From: a virus | Direction: 5' to 3' (one strand) | DNA: 64,000 nt | IMG/VR virus record: IMGVR_UViG_3300045988_128110 | Coordinates: 1 to 64,000 of that record | Part shown: positions 27,381-38,007 of the stretch, in pieces | Position numbering within the stretch: the stretch's first letter is position 1 | How the letters are laid out: the number at the start of each line of letters is the position of its first letter | Notes under the pieces: model-generated | The model's database searches: none | Told to the model about the DNA's origin: nothing | Seen by the model: only the letters and a program-made list of their open reading frames with translations | Made by a program: the position numbers and the translations under genes

Positions 27381-28319
27381 TTGGAACAAGTAAATACAAC
27401 ACTATTAAAAGCTCTATGCGAAATAGTACATCCTTCTAGACAGGAACAGTCCATGATAACTTATATACTTAACTTCTGTTATACAATAGAAGGTATACAA
27501 TTTGAAATGGATGATGAAAATAATCTTTTTATTACAAAAAATACTACTAATCCAGCAGTATATCCTTGTCTAGTAGCACATCTTGATGAAATCTTACATT
27601 ATACAGGTGTAAAATGTGCAAAAATTAAAGGGAATAAAATTTATGGCTATTATAAGAAGACAGGAAAACAATGTGGACTTGGATTAGATGACTGTTTTGG
27701 TATCTATATTTGTCTACATTGTTTATATTGTCTGCCAGACCTAAAGGTTTGTTTCACAACTCAAGAAGAAATGGGTTGTATAGGAGCAGAAATTGCAGGT
27801 TTAAATATTGATTTCTTTGATAATTGCAGATTCCTGTTACAAGCTGATAGAATGGGAGGTCAAGATTTGATTACACATACTAATGGCATAGACATTACTT
27901 CAGATGAGTTTCTAGAAGATATAGATAGTCTTTTAGAAAAATATAAGTACAAAGAGGCATGAGGTACAATGACAGATGTTGGAACTTTAAAAGAAAACAT
28001 TAATCTGTCTGCAGTTAATATTTCGTGTGGATATTATTGTGCTCATACACACAAAGAATATGGAAATTTAACGGAGTTAAATAATTGTTTAAATTTTATC
28101 TTAGAGATTATTAGGCTTAATGATAAAGTTTATGAACATACAGCTGATCTTTCTGGATCATATGCAAGGTATTCAGATTTTGATTGGCCTCCTGGAGAAT
28201 CTAAGCATGTTTATGCTTACCAAGATTCTGATGAAGCTTTCTATGAAAATCTTGCAGATAAGTGTTCCAACTGTAAGACTTATAGATGTGATGAGTGCGG
28301 TTACTATTGACGTGACTAA
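27381..28319 (+). CDS. metallopeptidase-like protein (M20/M28/M42-type metal-ligand pattern) with a C-terminal Cys-rich tail; TGA-joined
   Basis: HLDEI, GLGLDDCFG, TQEEMGCIGA spacing resembles a co-catalytic zinc peptidase; ORFs 27381-27962 and 27969-28310 are joined by TGA; true stop TAA at 28317-28319. Confidence 0.4.
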
Positions 28320-29539
28320 TGGACAAAACTCAACGTCAACGATTAGGCGTTCAAAAATGAATTAATAATAAAGGAAATGGGATTTGGGTTTGAAGTACTG
28401 GTGTTGGTAAATCATTTGGAGCTTTAATGGCTTGTGTGAAATTACTAAAAATTAGACCAGATGCTAAAATTCTAATTTCTGTACCTACAACAATTCTCAA
28501 GGAACAATGACTAAGGGACGTAGCTAAAACTAAATTCTTTGGAAATGTTACTGTTGAGGTTATTAATTCTATTTTAAAAAAATCTTGAGAAGTTGATTTT
28601 CTAATAATTGATGAGCTTCATACTGCGGTATCGGAGCAGTCGATAAAAATATTTGATCAAGTTAAATATGATTTCTTTCTGGGGCTTACAGCTACTTTAG
28701 AAAGACTTGATGGAAGAGAGGAATTACTATCTTTATATACTAAAGTAATCGATGTCATTACAACTGAAGAAGCAATAAAAAATGGATGATTATCGCCATT
28801 TAGGTATTACAAAGTTCTTGTGGAGGTTGATGACATGGATACTTATTATGTAATGAACCAAAAGTTTAATTCAGTCTTTGCGTTCTTTAATTTTGATTTC
28901 AATTCTGCAATGAAATGTGCAACTAATTGAAAGTTCCGTAATAATTATGCTTATAAGATGGGATATGATAGAAAGCAGGTTTTAAATGCTGCTATGGCGT
29001 GGATGCAATTAATGCAGAAGCGCAAAAAATTTGTTATGTCTCACCCTAAAAAGTTTGAAATAGCGAAAAAAATTATAGAAGCAAGAAAAGATAAAAAAAT
29101 TATTACTTTTTCAGCCACTATTAAGGATGCGGAATCTTTAAAAGTTGGATATACTCTTCATAGCAAAAAGAAAAAACAAGAAAACTCAGAAACTATTGCA
29201 TTGTTTAAGTCTCAATCTTCAGGGGTTCTTAATACATCTAAAGCAGCTAATGCAGGATTAGATTGCCCTGATATAAATTGTGAGATTAGAATTAGTGGAA
29301 CTAGTTCTGGAATTGATGCAAGGCAGATTTTGGGAAGGGGATTGCGTTATGTTAATAATAAGATAACTGAAGTTTTTACTTTGGTTGTTAAAGGCACTAA
29401 CGAAGAATCCTGGTTTAATAAGGCCCATCAAGGAATTTCATATATTACTATCACTGAAGATCAACTTGACTTAGTTTTAAAAGGAGAAGAAGTAATCACA
29501 AGAAAACGAGATGATGTAATTACTAACTATAGATTTTAA
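28319..29539 (+). CDS. SF2 DEAD/DEAH-box-like DNA/RNA helicase with seven in-frame TGA codons
   Basis: Walker A STGVGKS, LKEQW (TGA at the conserved QW), IIDELH (DExH), TAT, a GWL(S)P motif, QILGRGLRY (motif VI); TAATG overlap with the upstream gene. Confidence 0.8.
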
Positions 29540-29604
29540 ACAGTACTAAGTATCGTAATAACCGTAGGTACTTAGATTTGAATTTAACTTCCAAAACTAT
29601 ATAA

Positions 29605-30204
29605 ATGGAGTTAAATACCATACTTAACATAATGGCTGAATATCATATTAGTGCAGACGAACTGTTACTAATATGATTAACTCTCTATGCTCGGGATGAA
29701 GAAGGCCATTCTGAGCTTTTCTTAAAGTGGTGGACAGATTGTGAGGGAAAACAGAAACTGAAAACCATGTTTGAGAGCCTAAAAGAAAAATCCATAATCA
29801 AGAAAAATTATAATCCAGAATCTTATGTTCCTAATGATATCGAATTTAATAAAAATTTTCTAAAGAAGTATTATAAACAATCAGGAGTTCTTGGAAAGGA
29901 ACTATTTGATAACTATGAACCATTTATCCAAATTAATGGAAAGATGGCTAGTCTTAGGAATATTGCTAAGAAATTTTATACTTTAGAGGAATTTTACTTT
30001 TATTATTCTTCTCAAATAGGGCATAATCCAGAAAAGCATAAAGAGGTGATGGAAATTTTACGATGGGCTCGTGAAAACAAGCTTTGTAAGGTTTCTATTC
30101 TTGAGTTCGTTGCTTCTCATAAATGGAATGAATTTGCACAGATGAAGGCTGAAGGATTTAGTCCTGATGTTGGTACTTCTTTTGATGTTTATCAGGATTT
30201 TTAA
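29605..30204 (+). CDS. hypothetical protein (199 aa), possibly a helicase-associated N-terminal partner; one TGA
   Basis: ATG at 29605 lies 54 codons upstream of tracked ORF 29767 in frame via a TGA. Confidence 0.4.
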
Positions 30205-31298
30205 TGGAGGATCTAAATTTACTTTGGCATTTAATTGAGCAAGGTAGAAAAGGGGAAAATAAAGGTTTGTCTGTAGGATTACCTAAATTAGACAAGATTA
30301 TAGGTGGAATACAACCCTCAAGATACTATTGTATATCTGGAGCATCTTCTGCAGGTAAAACTGCTTTAGTTCTGTATTTTATATATCGGCTTTTTAAGGA
30401 TTATCCTAAAGAACCTATATATCTTGTTTATTTTAGTTTGGAGATTGGTTCTGAAGTGCTACTAGCGAAGCTTATGGCTTTGTATTGTGCAGAAGAATTT
30501 GGAGTATATCTTACTATAAATGATATCCTTTCCTTTGATTCTATTCTCAGTGATTCTGATTATCAGTATCTAAAGAAGGCAAGAGACTGGATTGCAACTC
30601 TTGGTTCCAGGTTAATTATTCTTGATAAGGGTCTTAATGCTCGCATTCTATATAAAGAGATCTGTGAGCTTATGAAGAAATTAGGTTCTATAGAAAATGT
30701 AGGAAATAAAGAAGTTTATGTTCCAAAACATCCTAGGCAAAGAGTAATTGGAGTTATTGATCATATGTCATTAATTAGACCAGAAGAAGGAAGAACCTTA
30801 AAAGCTGAAATTGATTTAACTTCGTCTTTTATGGTTACACTAAAACGTAAGTTTTATCTTTCTTGAATGGCTTTAATGCAGCAGAATAGAGAATCTTCTT
30901 CTATGGATAGAAGAAAAGCAGAACTTAATGAACCAGGTTTAAATGACGTAAAGGATTCAGGAGGACCTGTTCAAGATAGTGATGTAGTTCTTCAACTATA
31001 TTATCCTGCAAGAGACAAAATTCCAACATACCGAGAGTATAAAATTCTCGGACCTCATAGTTTAGCTGGAAGATTTAGAAGTATTATTGTATCTAAGAAT
31101 AGATATGGTATTGCAGACAGAGTAATAGGATGTGGATTTTATGGAGAAGTTGGGTGGTTTAAAGAGCTTCCACTAGGAAGAGATATTACTGACTTCACAA
31201 AATATTTGGACATTAACGCTAACATTAGAGGTATAGATACAACTGTAGTAGGTACAGTAGAAATAGATAAGAACAACATCGTATATAGTTTATCATAA
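30204..31298 (+). CDS. DnaB-like replicative helicase (RecA-fold C-terminal domain); TGA-joined
   Basis: GLSVGLPKLDKIIGGIQPSRYYCISGASSAGKTALVLYF matches the DnaB C-terminal Walker A region; ORFs 30204-30866 and 30867-31298 are joined by a TGA. Confidence 0.6.
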
Positions 31299-31299
31299 T

Positions 31300-32037
31300 A
31301 TGTCTATTGTATTACCAACAGCGAAGGTTCCCGCTGAAACTCAGGATCCTAAAAACTTAATTCTATTTGGACTTCCTAAAGTAGGAAAAACTACCATTCT
31401 TAGTACACTGGAAAATAATCTTATTCTTGACTTTGAAAATGGTTCTACATATGTAGATGCTCTTAAAGTTAAGGTTTCTAGTTTAAAAGAGCTGAAAGAG
31501 GTTATTAAAGCTATCAAGGATGCAGGAAAGCCATATACTTATATTACAATTGATACAATCACAGCCTTAGAAGAAATGACCAAAGATATGGCTCTTAAAA
31601 TGTGGCAAAATTCTCCTCAGTTTACTACAAAGTATGAAATTAAGGACGTTACACAAATTCCCAATGGAGCTGGATATAGTTTTTGAAGACAGGCACTGGA
31701 AGCAGTTATTGACTTAATTGCCTCTGCTGCTCCTAACTTAATTATTTGTGGTCACGTTAAAGATACAGCATTATCTGAAGGTCTTGATGGATCTGTAAAA
31801 GATCTTGATCTTGTAGGTAAAACTAAAAGAGTATTATCTGCTAAATCTGATGCAATTGGATTTGTTCATCGTGATGAAGAGTCTAATTTGTGTATCAATT
31901 TTGGTATGAATGGAGAAGTACTTTGTGGTGCTCGTCCTGCTCATTTGGCAAATAAAGATATCATTGTAGCTGAGTATCAAGAAGATGGTACATTTGTATC
32001 TCATTGGGAGAGAATCTATCCCTCTCTGTCTAAATAA
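31300..32037 (+). CDS. Sak4-like RecA-family ATPase (putative single-strand annealing/recombination protein); one TGA
   Basis: Walker A LILFGLPKVGKTT, DTITALEE Walker B-like motif; the tracked ORF ends at TGA 31684-31686 and continues to TAA 32035-32037. Confidence 0.5.
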
Positions 32038-32042
32038 ATCAT

Positions 32043-32543
32043 ATGTTTAAAGTAACATTTGAATTTGATGAAACAACCAAGTCTATTAGTAACTTAAAGT
32101 GTGAAGAAATTAAATCTTCAAAACCAAAGGTTAACTCTAATGGACAACCAATCATTGAAGTAGGAGAAAATAAGTTAATTATTTCCCCTGAAGCAGCCGC
32201 TCTAATCGGAGCAACTGCTGGAGATAGAATCTCAATTGCTTATTCTCAAAAATCTAATGAGGTAACTATTCCTCTTATTGGCAAATCTGAAATGTTTGCG
32301 GATAAAGATGCTGGGAACAAGTTAACTAAATCAAATACTGTTTCTTTTAAAGGTAAGCAAAGAACTATGCTATTACAATATGGTTCTATATTCAAACTAG
32401 AGCAAAGTACTAGAGATCAGGTATTTGACCTGATAGCAGTTACTGAAGATTCTAGTACAGAATTGGCTTCAGAGGAATTAAAAGAGGAGACCCTTGATTT
32501 AGATATAACAAATTTTGAAGAATTAGATAAATTACCTTTTTAA
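32043..32543 (+). CDS. hypothetical protein (166 aa)
   Basis: Complete ORF. Confidence 0.35.
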   Translation: MFKVTFEFDETTKSISNLKCEEIKSSKPKVNSNGQPIIEVGENKLIISPEAAALIGATAGDRISIAYSQKSNEVTIPLIGKSEMFADKDAGNKLTKSNTVSFKGKQRTMLLQYGSIFKLEQSTRDQVFDLIAVTEDSSTELASEELKEETLDLDITNFEELDKLPF

Positions 32544-32558
32544 TAAAAAATAAATAAT

Positions 32559-33248
32559 ATGGGAATGTATGATGCTACCAGCGCGGCTCGTGCTGAGGTT
32601 AAACCCGCAGCGAGTTATTTGCGTGCAGGTATTCACAATGTAAGATTCACTGGTGTTGAGAAAGGAACTAGCGAATATTCAACAATTGATTTTTCCTTTG
32701 AGGGTGTTGATGAAGGAGAAGTAGGTGCTCTTCATAATGAGCGTATGTTCGAGCCTAAGTCCTCAGAACGTATGCCTAATCGTTTCAATTCAGCTATTAC
32801 TGATCCTTCTCAGGCAGAACAGTTTATGTGTAAACTTATGCATATTATTGCTGCACTAAATCCTGCTGCACATAAAAAGATTCAGGATGGGACTGCCAAG
32901 TTTGCACCAAGTGATTTTGACACTCTTATTAAACTGGTTAAGAAGATTCTCGATCCAGTAGTTGGTACAGAGGTTCAGATTAAACTTCTGCCTAATGGTC
33001 GTTTCTGTGGTTTTCCAGGATTTCCTGCAAGAATCAGCAAGAATGGAGATCTCTTCTTGAGTACTTCATTCATTGGGCAGGATCTAACTTTATCTGCCTA
33101 TGAAAAGGCACAAATTGATAAAGCAAACGCTGCTCAGCCTACTAATATGGCTAATACTGGTTCTGAACTCGACAGCATGCGTCGTGATATTGATGAATTG
33201 GAAGAAGAGAGTTCCAGTTCAATTGATGACGACGATTTGCCTTTCTAA
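32559..33248 (+). CDS. ssb: single-stranded DNA-binding protein (acidic C-terminal tail DDDDLPF)
   Basis: C-terminal D-D-D-D-L-P-F tail is the hallmark of the SSB partner-binding tip; GC-richer codon usage; follows the Sak4-like gene. Confidence 0.55.
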   Translation: MGMYDATSAARAEVKPAASYLRAGIHNVRFTGVEKGTSEYSTIDFSFEGVDEGEVGALHNERMFEPKSSERMPNRFNSAITDPSQAEQFMCKLMHIIAALNPAAHKKIQDGTAKFAPSDFDTLIKLVKKILDPVVGTEVQIKLLPNGRFCGFPGFPARISKNGDLFLSTSFIGQDLTLSAYEKAQIDKANAAQPTNMANTGSELDSMRRDIDELEEESSSSIDDDDLPF

Positions 33249-33262
33249 ATTTAGAAGTTTAA

Positions 33263-34306
33263 ATGCAATTTACATTAGGACCGACCACTGTTACTAAAGA
33301 ACTAATTCTGAACAGTGTAAGTGAAGAAACTTTAATGGAGCATTATTTAGGAGTCCCTGTGAAAAAGGGGCTCCTAAAATCTCCGTTAAGACAAGATAAT
33401 AAACCCACTTGTGCTTTTTATAGAAACAAGAAAGGAGATCTTATATTTAAGGACTTCCGTGGTGATTTTTCAGGTAATTTCATTTCGGTTGTAATGTATA
33501 AATTTCAATGCTCTTACGGAAAAGCCTTAAATATTATTGCTAATGACTTTGGAATAGTCTCTCGACCTAAGCTGCAAGTTAATCCCCCTCTTATTAAATA
33601 TACAAATAAAAAGTTTGAGGAAACACAAGAAGCTATTATACAAATAGAAGTGAAGGATTTTGAGCAGTATGAGTTAGATTGATGGCTAAAATTTGGAGTT
33701 ACTAGAAAGATATTAAGGAAATTTAGAATATTTTCCTGTAAGAACGTTTTTCTAAATGGAAACATATTTCATCTTCATAAAGATAAACAATTAGTTTTTG
33801 GGTATTTTGGAGGTATTCGAGAAGATATTGAACGCTGGAGAATATATTTTCCTGGCAATACAAAGTATAAATTTATATCTAATTGAAAATCTTTTAGGTT
33901 GCAGGGAGCACATGCTCTTCCCAAAGAGGGAGGAGAATATCTTGCAATTACTAAATCTTTAAAAGATGTTGCATGTTTATATAGTTGTGGTATTACAGCT
34001 ATAGCCCCAATTTCTGAGAACTGTTTTGTTACAGAGGCTCAATTTGAAAGGCTAAGTAAAAAATTTAAAAAAATTATTCTTTTTTACGATAATGACTCTG
34101 CTGGAATAACTCACATGAATAAGTTTAGAAAACAATTTCCAGATGTTTATGTGTTATGAATCCCCCGTCATTTTGGCGCGAAAGATATTTCTGACTATTA
34201 TAAGAAGTATGGTAGGGAAAAAACATTGAACTTAATCGAACAAGCTAAACTTAAGGTTAATGCCGAAGAAGAAAGAAGAAGAAAGTCCAAAGAAGAAGAG
34301 GTCTAA
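33263..34306 (+). CDS. DNA primase (TOPRIM, DnaG-like) with five in-frame TGA codons
   Basis: TOPRIM KIILFYDNDSAG, an N-terminal Cys/His putative zinc-binding region; ORFs 33263-33682 and 33899-34159 are joined only by TGAs; TAA at 34304-34306. Confidence 0.65.
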
Positions 34307-34655
34307 ATCATACTCTAGAACTAAAGGACATTCATATGAAACTAAAATAGCTAAGGAACTTAGGGAATTAGGATATGAAGGAATTGTTACCTCCAGGTCT
34401 GAGTCTAAATCTACTGATGATAAGAAAGTAGATTTGATTGATACTCAAAACCAGTTTCCTTACTATGTTCAGTTAAAGTGTACTCAGAATACTCCAGCAT
34501 ATCATCAAATAAGTGCAGAGTGTCCATTAAAGGATAAACCATTTATTTTAATCTGAAATAAACAAGTTAAAAAGCAAACTAATATTTGCTCAGCTGGAGA
34601 AGTTGTTATTATTCCTAAAGAAGAATTTTATAAATTAATTAAATTGAAAGAGTAG
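34260..34655 (+). CDS. PD-(D/E)xK Holliday-junction-resolvase-like nuclease (Hjc/RecU-like); one TGA
   Basis: HSYETKIAKELRELGYEGIVTSRS...VDLIDTQ...YVQLK; the tracked ORF continues through a TGA to TAG at 34653-34655. Confidence 0.45.
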
Positions 34656-34679
34656 AAGAGGGATCTTCTACTCTTTTTT
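34651..34679 (+). terminator. rho-independent terminator (agtagaag-agggat-cttctact followed by T6)
   Basis: 8-bp perfect stem plus a T6 run at the end of the replication gene block. Confidence 0.65.
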
Positions 34680-34684
34680 GTTAT

Positions 34685-35191
34685 ATGAAAACATTATTTG
34701 TATTTCAAATTCAATCATTTACTAATGTGGTTACAAATAGTTCTAGTGAGCTGTTTGTATTTACTGGAACCACTGGAGTTGTAAGTGATATGTTAGATTC
34801 TAATGTTCCAGGATGGGAGCACGAATATGATGACCCACAGTCAGTACAGGATTTAAGTCCCAACTCTTTAGAAACGTATCTTTCTTATGCTTACGACAAT
34901 TATGATCGGAACTGGGACAATAAGCGAATAACTAGAGAGACAAGTAGACAAACTCGTTGGGCTAGAGAATTTAATATTGACCCAAATGAACTTTACAAAA
35001 ACTATAAAGAATGGGATCCAAATTCTGAAAAATGGGAAATTTCTCAATTACAACTTAAAGAAGGTTGGGATAAACTCATTAAACAAAAACTTAATTCAAA
35101 CTTAGTTTTTGTTTTCTCAAAGGGGGAAAATCCAGATTGGGAGCGACAAGAAAAGATGATGACCTTTGGTTCCCGCTATCATTTAGGATAA
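34685..35191 (+). CDS. paralog 1 of a tandem small-protein family (conserved VTNSSSELF motif)
   Basis: Shares (V/I)(V/I)TNSS(S/T)E(I/L)(F/Y) near the N-terminus with the two downstream ORFs. Confidence 0.45.
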   Translation: MKTLFVFQIQSFTNVVTNSSSELFVFTGTTGVVSDMLDSNVPGWEHEYDDPQSVQDLSPNSLETYLSYAYDNYDRNWDNKRITRETSRQTRWAREFNIDPNELYKNYKEWDPNSEKWEISQLQLKEGWDKLIKQKLNSNLVFVFSKGENPDWERQEKMMTFGSRYHLG

Positions 35192-35192
35192 T

Positions 35193-35525
35193 ATGAAAAT
35201 AAAAATAAATATACAATCTGAATCGGATTTAATTACAAATTCATCTAGTGAGATCTTTTGTGCTATATCTTCTTTATCTGAAGATTCAATAAAGATGGTT
35301 CAGGAATATCTTAATTCATTCCTTCCTGATGGTGTTAAGTATTCAAGTCCTTCTGATATCTTTACAATTGATGAATCTAGATATGTTATTACGTTTCAAA
35401 TTAGTTACTCAGAAGACCATGAAAAGACTGGAAGACAGATGTACACTTTAATAAAACAATTATTAAAGGAGCATTTTCCAGGGGATAATTCATTTACTGT
35501 TGAAGATGGAGAGAATTATAATTAA
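35193..35525 (+). CDS. paralog 2 of the tandem small-protein family (ITNSSSEIF)
   Basis: Same motif; IQSESDLITNSSSEIF. Confidence 0.45.
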   Translation: MKIKINIQSESDLITNSSSEIFCAISSLSEDSIKMVQEYLNSFLPDGVKYSSPSDIFTIDESRYVITFQISYSEDHEKTGRQMYTLIKQLLKEHFPGDNSFTVEDGENYN

Positions 35526-35787
35526 AATACAATCTGTTTCTGATGTAATTACAAACAGCAGTACAGAGATTTATACGGTTTGTACAGAATATACTTTAGA
35601 TAGATTAAAAGATATTGTTAATAGTATCTTAAAAATCGCTGATTCTACACTTACAGCAGATGACTTATTTACCTTTGAGTTAGAGGAAGAACCTGATGAG
35701 TACTATAACTATTATGATAGAGGTTATAAAGTTATCCCAAAAAAAAAGAAAACTACACTGAAGCTGCCAAATATTTATCTAATATAA
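35500..35787 (+). CDS. paralog 3 of the tandem small-protein family (ITNSSTEIY)
   Basis: Same motif; IQSVSDVITNSSTEIY; the exact start is uncertain (overlaps paralog 2). Confidence 0.4.
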   Translation: MKMERIIIKIQSVSDVITNSSTEIYTVCTEYTLDRLKDIVNSILKIADSTLTADDLFTFELEEEPDEYYNYYDRGYKVIPKKKKTTLKLPNIYLI

Positions 35788-35830
35788 TGGATATATTTGA
35801 ACAAAATGCTTCTTTTGATTCTTAATAAAA

Positions 35831-36739
35831 ATGAAAGATTGGAAAGCATGGGGAATTAAGAAAAGAGTATTCCCAGATAAGAATTATAATGCAATTTGGC
35901 ATGATTTAAAGACTGTTCGATTAGGTTCTGGGCAAGCTAAAGAATTAGATTACCCAGAATTCTACGATGTTGGAATTAATACTCTTTGTAATCTAGGATG
36001 CCCATTTTGTTATGTTGGAGCCACATCTAAAGGAGTAAATCATGATCATATATGTGAAAAGGCTAAATTTTTCTTTGGCAACATGACTGAGAATGAGAAA
36101 CCTTTTCAGATTGCAATTGGTTCTACAGGAGAACCTACAATTCATCCTGAGTTTTGTGAGTTTCTCAAAACAATATATAGTTTGGGGATCGTTCCTAACT
36201 ATACAACTAATGGAATCTCAATAGCCAAATATGATGGTAATGCAGAAGAAATTTTAGCAGCCACTTCCAAATATGTAGGAGGAGTTGCTGTTTCAGCAAA
36301 TACATGGAATCCAGAAATAGATTCTGCTTGGAGAAGTGCTGTAGTACTTCTGCATGAATTTGGGAACACTAATATCAATATTCATTATATAATTAGTGAT
36401 AAAAAGTCTGTTGATGACTTTATTAAAATTTATAATCAATATAAAGATATTGTTCTATACTTTGTACTACTTCCTTTGATGCCTTCTGGTCGGTCATCAA
36501 ATAAATACTCGCAAGAAGCATTTGAATATCTTCTTGAACAAGATATAGACTTTAAACAAGTTGCATTTGGAGCACATTTCTATGACTCTTTATGTAATCA
36601 AAATAAGTTAGGATGCTATTTATATCCTCCTGAAAGTCTATCTAAAAACCTTATTTTAGGAGAGAAGATTATGGTTACTCCAAGTTCCTTTAATCTTACT
36701 CCTATTAAGGAAATTAATTTCAATTATGAAAACTTGTAA
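35831..36739 (+). CDS. radical SAM enzyme (CxxxCxxC), possibly with a partial SPASM/twitch-like C-terminal Cys motif
   Basis: CNLGCPFCY cluster-binding motif, IGSTGEPTIHPEF SAM-binding GGE-like motif, C-terminal CNQNKLGCYLYP. Confidence 0.7.
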   Translation: MKDWKAWGIKKRVFPDKNYNAIWHDLKTVRLGSGQAKELDYPEFYDVGINTLCNLGCPFCYVGATSKGVNHDHICEKAKFFFGNMTENEKPFQIAIGSTGEPTIHPEFCEFLKTIYSLGIVPNYTTNGISIAKYDGNAEEILAATSKYVGGVAVSANTWNPEIDSAWRSAVVLLHEFGNTNINIHYIISDKKSVDDFIKIYNQYKDIVLYFVLLPLMPSGRSSNKYSQEAFEYLLEQDIDFKQVAFGAHFYDSLCNQNKLGCYLYPPESLSKNLILGEKIMVTPSSFNLTPIKEINFNYENL

Positions 36740-36917
36740 AGTAATTTTTAGAGATGAAACTTTAGCACAAGACAGTATCGTGGATTGTTGATTAAACGAT
36801 GTTGGAGATTTAGAGTTTAAATTGTACTTTGATCCTCCAGTAACAGAAACTTCTGACCTTGGTTCATTAGCTGGACAGTTATGCTATAGTTTCTGTAAAG
36901 CTTTAAAGGATGAATAA
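36726..36917 (+). CDS. small hypothetical protein (63 aa) with one TGA
   Basis: ATG at 36726 to TAA at 36915-36917. Confidence 0.3.
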
Positions 36918-38007
36918 AATCATATTGTTAAATGCAATTGTTGGAAGTCAGGCGTATGGAACAAATACGCCTGACTCTGACATTGATACAAAGGGAGTAT
37001 ATCTTCAGGATCCTATGGAAGTCTTAGGGATGGAATATAAGGAACAGATTAACCTGGATAAGGATGCCTGCTTATATGAAGTTAGAAGATTTTTGCAACT
37101 ACTTTGTAGTGGAAATCCTACAATGTTGGAACTTTTGTATATTCCTGAAGATTGTATTCTAGAAAAGCACCCTTTGTGGGATATTATATCGAAACATAGA
37201 AGTGCATTTCTAACTAAACAATGCTACTTTAGTTTTGCTGGTTATGCATACCAACAAGTAGAAAAGGCTAAAGGGCTAAATAAGAAAATGAATTGGGAGG
37301 CTGATAAAGTAAAAAGAAAAAGGCCAATTGATTTTCTAAAAGTTATTGATAACTGTAAAACATATCCTCTTGCTGAATGGTTAAAGCGTAATCAGATGCA
37401 TGAGGATTGCTGTGGACTTGCTAAAGTCAATGATTCAGAGAATCTTTATGCTTTGTGGTATGATGACATTAAAGAAATGTCTAAGACCAAAGACTTGTCT
37501 AATCCTAGATATAAAGATTGGAAAGATTTTGGATATAAAGGAGTTTGTAATGATGTTGAATTACTACTTTCAGAGATTCCAGAATGGCAAATTCCTATGT
37601 GTAGGTGCAACCTTTACTACAATAGGAATGGTTGGGGAGAGCATTGTAAAGACTATAATTCCTACCAAACTTGGCTGAAAGAAAGAAACACACAAAGATA
37701 TGTAGATATTCAAAATCATGGACAAAAGATCGATGGCAAAAATATGTTACATTGTATAAGATTATTACAATGTGCTAATGATATCTTAGATCTTAAAACT
37801 ATTAATGTTAGAGTTAAGAACCCTGAATATTTACTATCTATTAGACATGGAAAAGTATCCTTAGAAGAATTACTTGAATCAGCAAGAAATCAAATTAAAG
37901 GGTTGAAGCAAAAATTTGAAGACAGTGATTTACCACATTCAGTAGATCCAGATTTAGTCAAATCAATATTGAATGAAATAAGAAAAGAATCATTAAATTT
38001 GTTTTAA
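36910..38007 (+). CDS. Pol-beta-superfamily nucleotidyltransferase (GS-x5-G...SDxD motif), 365 aa
   Basis: VGSQAYGTNTPDSDIDTKGVY is the hG[GS]x9-13Dh[DE]h NTase signature seen in class-I CCA-adding enzymes, SMODS and CD-NTase-like families; the rest of the protein is unassigned. Confidence 0.5.
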   Translation: MNKIILLNAIVGSQAYGTNTPDSDIDTKGVYLQDPMEVLGMEYKEQINLDKDACLYEVRRFLQLLCSGNPTMLELLYIPEDCILEKHPLWDIISKHRSAFLTKQCYFSFAGYAYQQVEKAKGLNKKMNWEADKVKRKRPIDFLKVIDNCKTYPLAEWLKRNQMHEDCCGLAKVNDSENLYALWYDDIKEMSKTKDLSNPRYKDWKDFGYKGVCNDVELLLSEIPEWQIPMCRCNLYYNRNGWGEHCKDYNSYQTWLKERNTQRYVDIQNHGQKIDGKNMLHCIRLLQCANDILDLKTINVRVKNPEYLLSIRHGKVSLEELLESARNQIKGLKQKFEDSDLPHSVDPDLVKSILNEIRKESLNLF

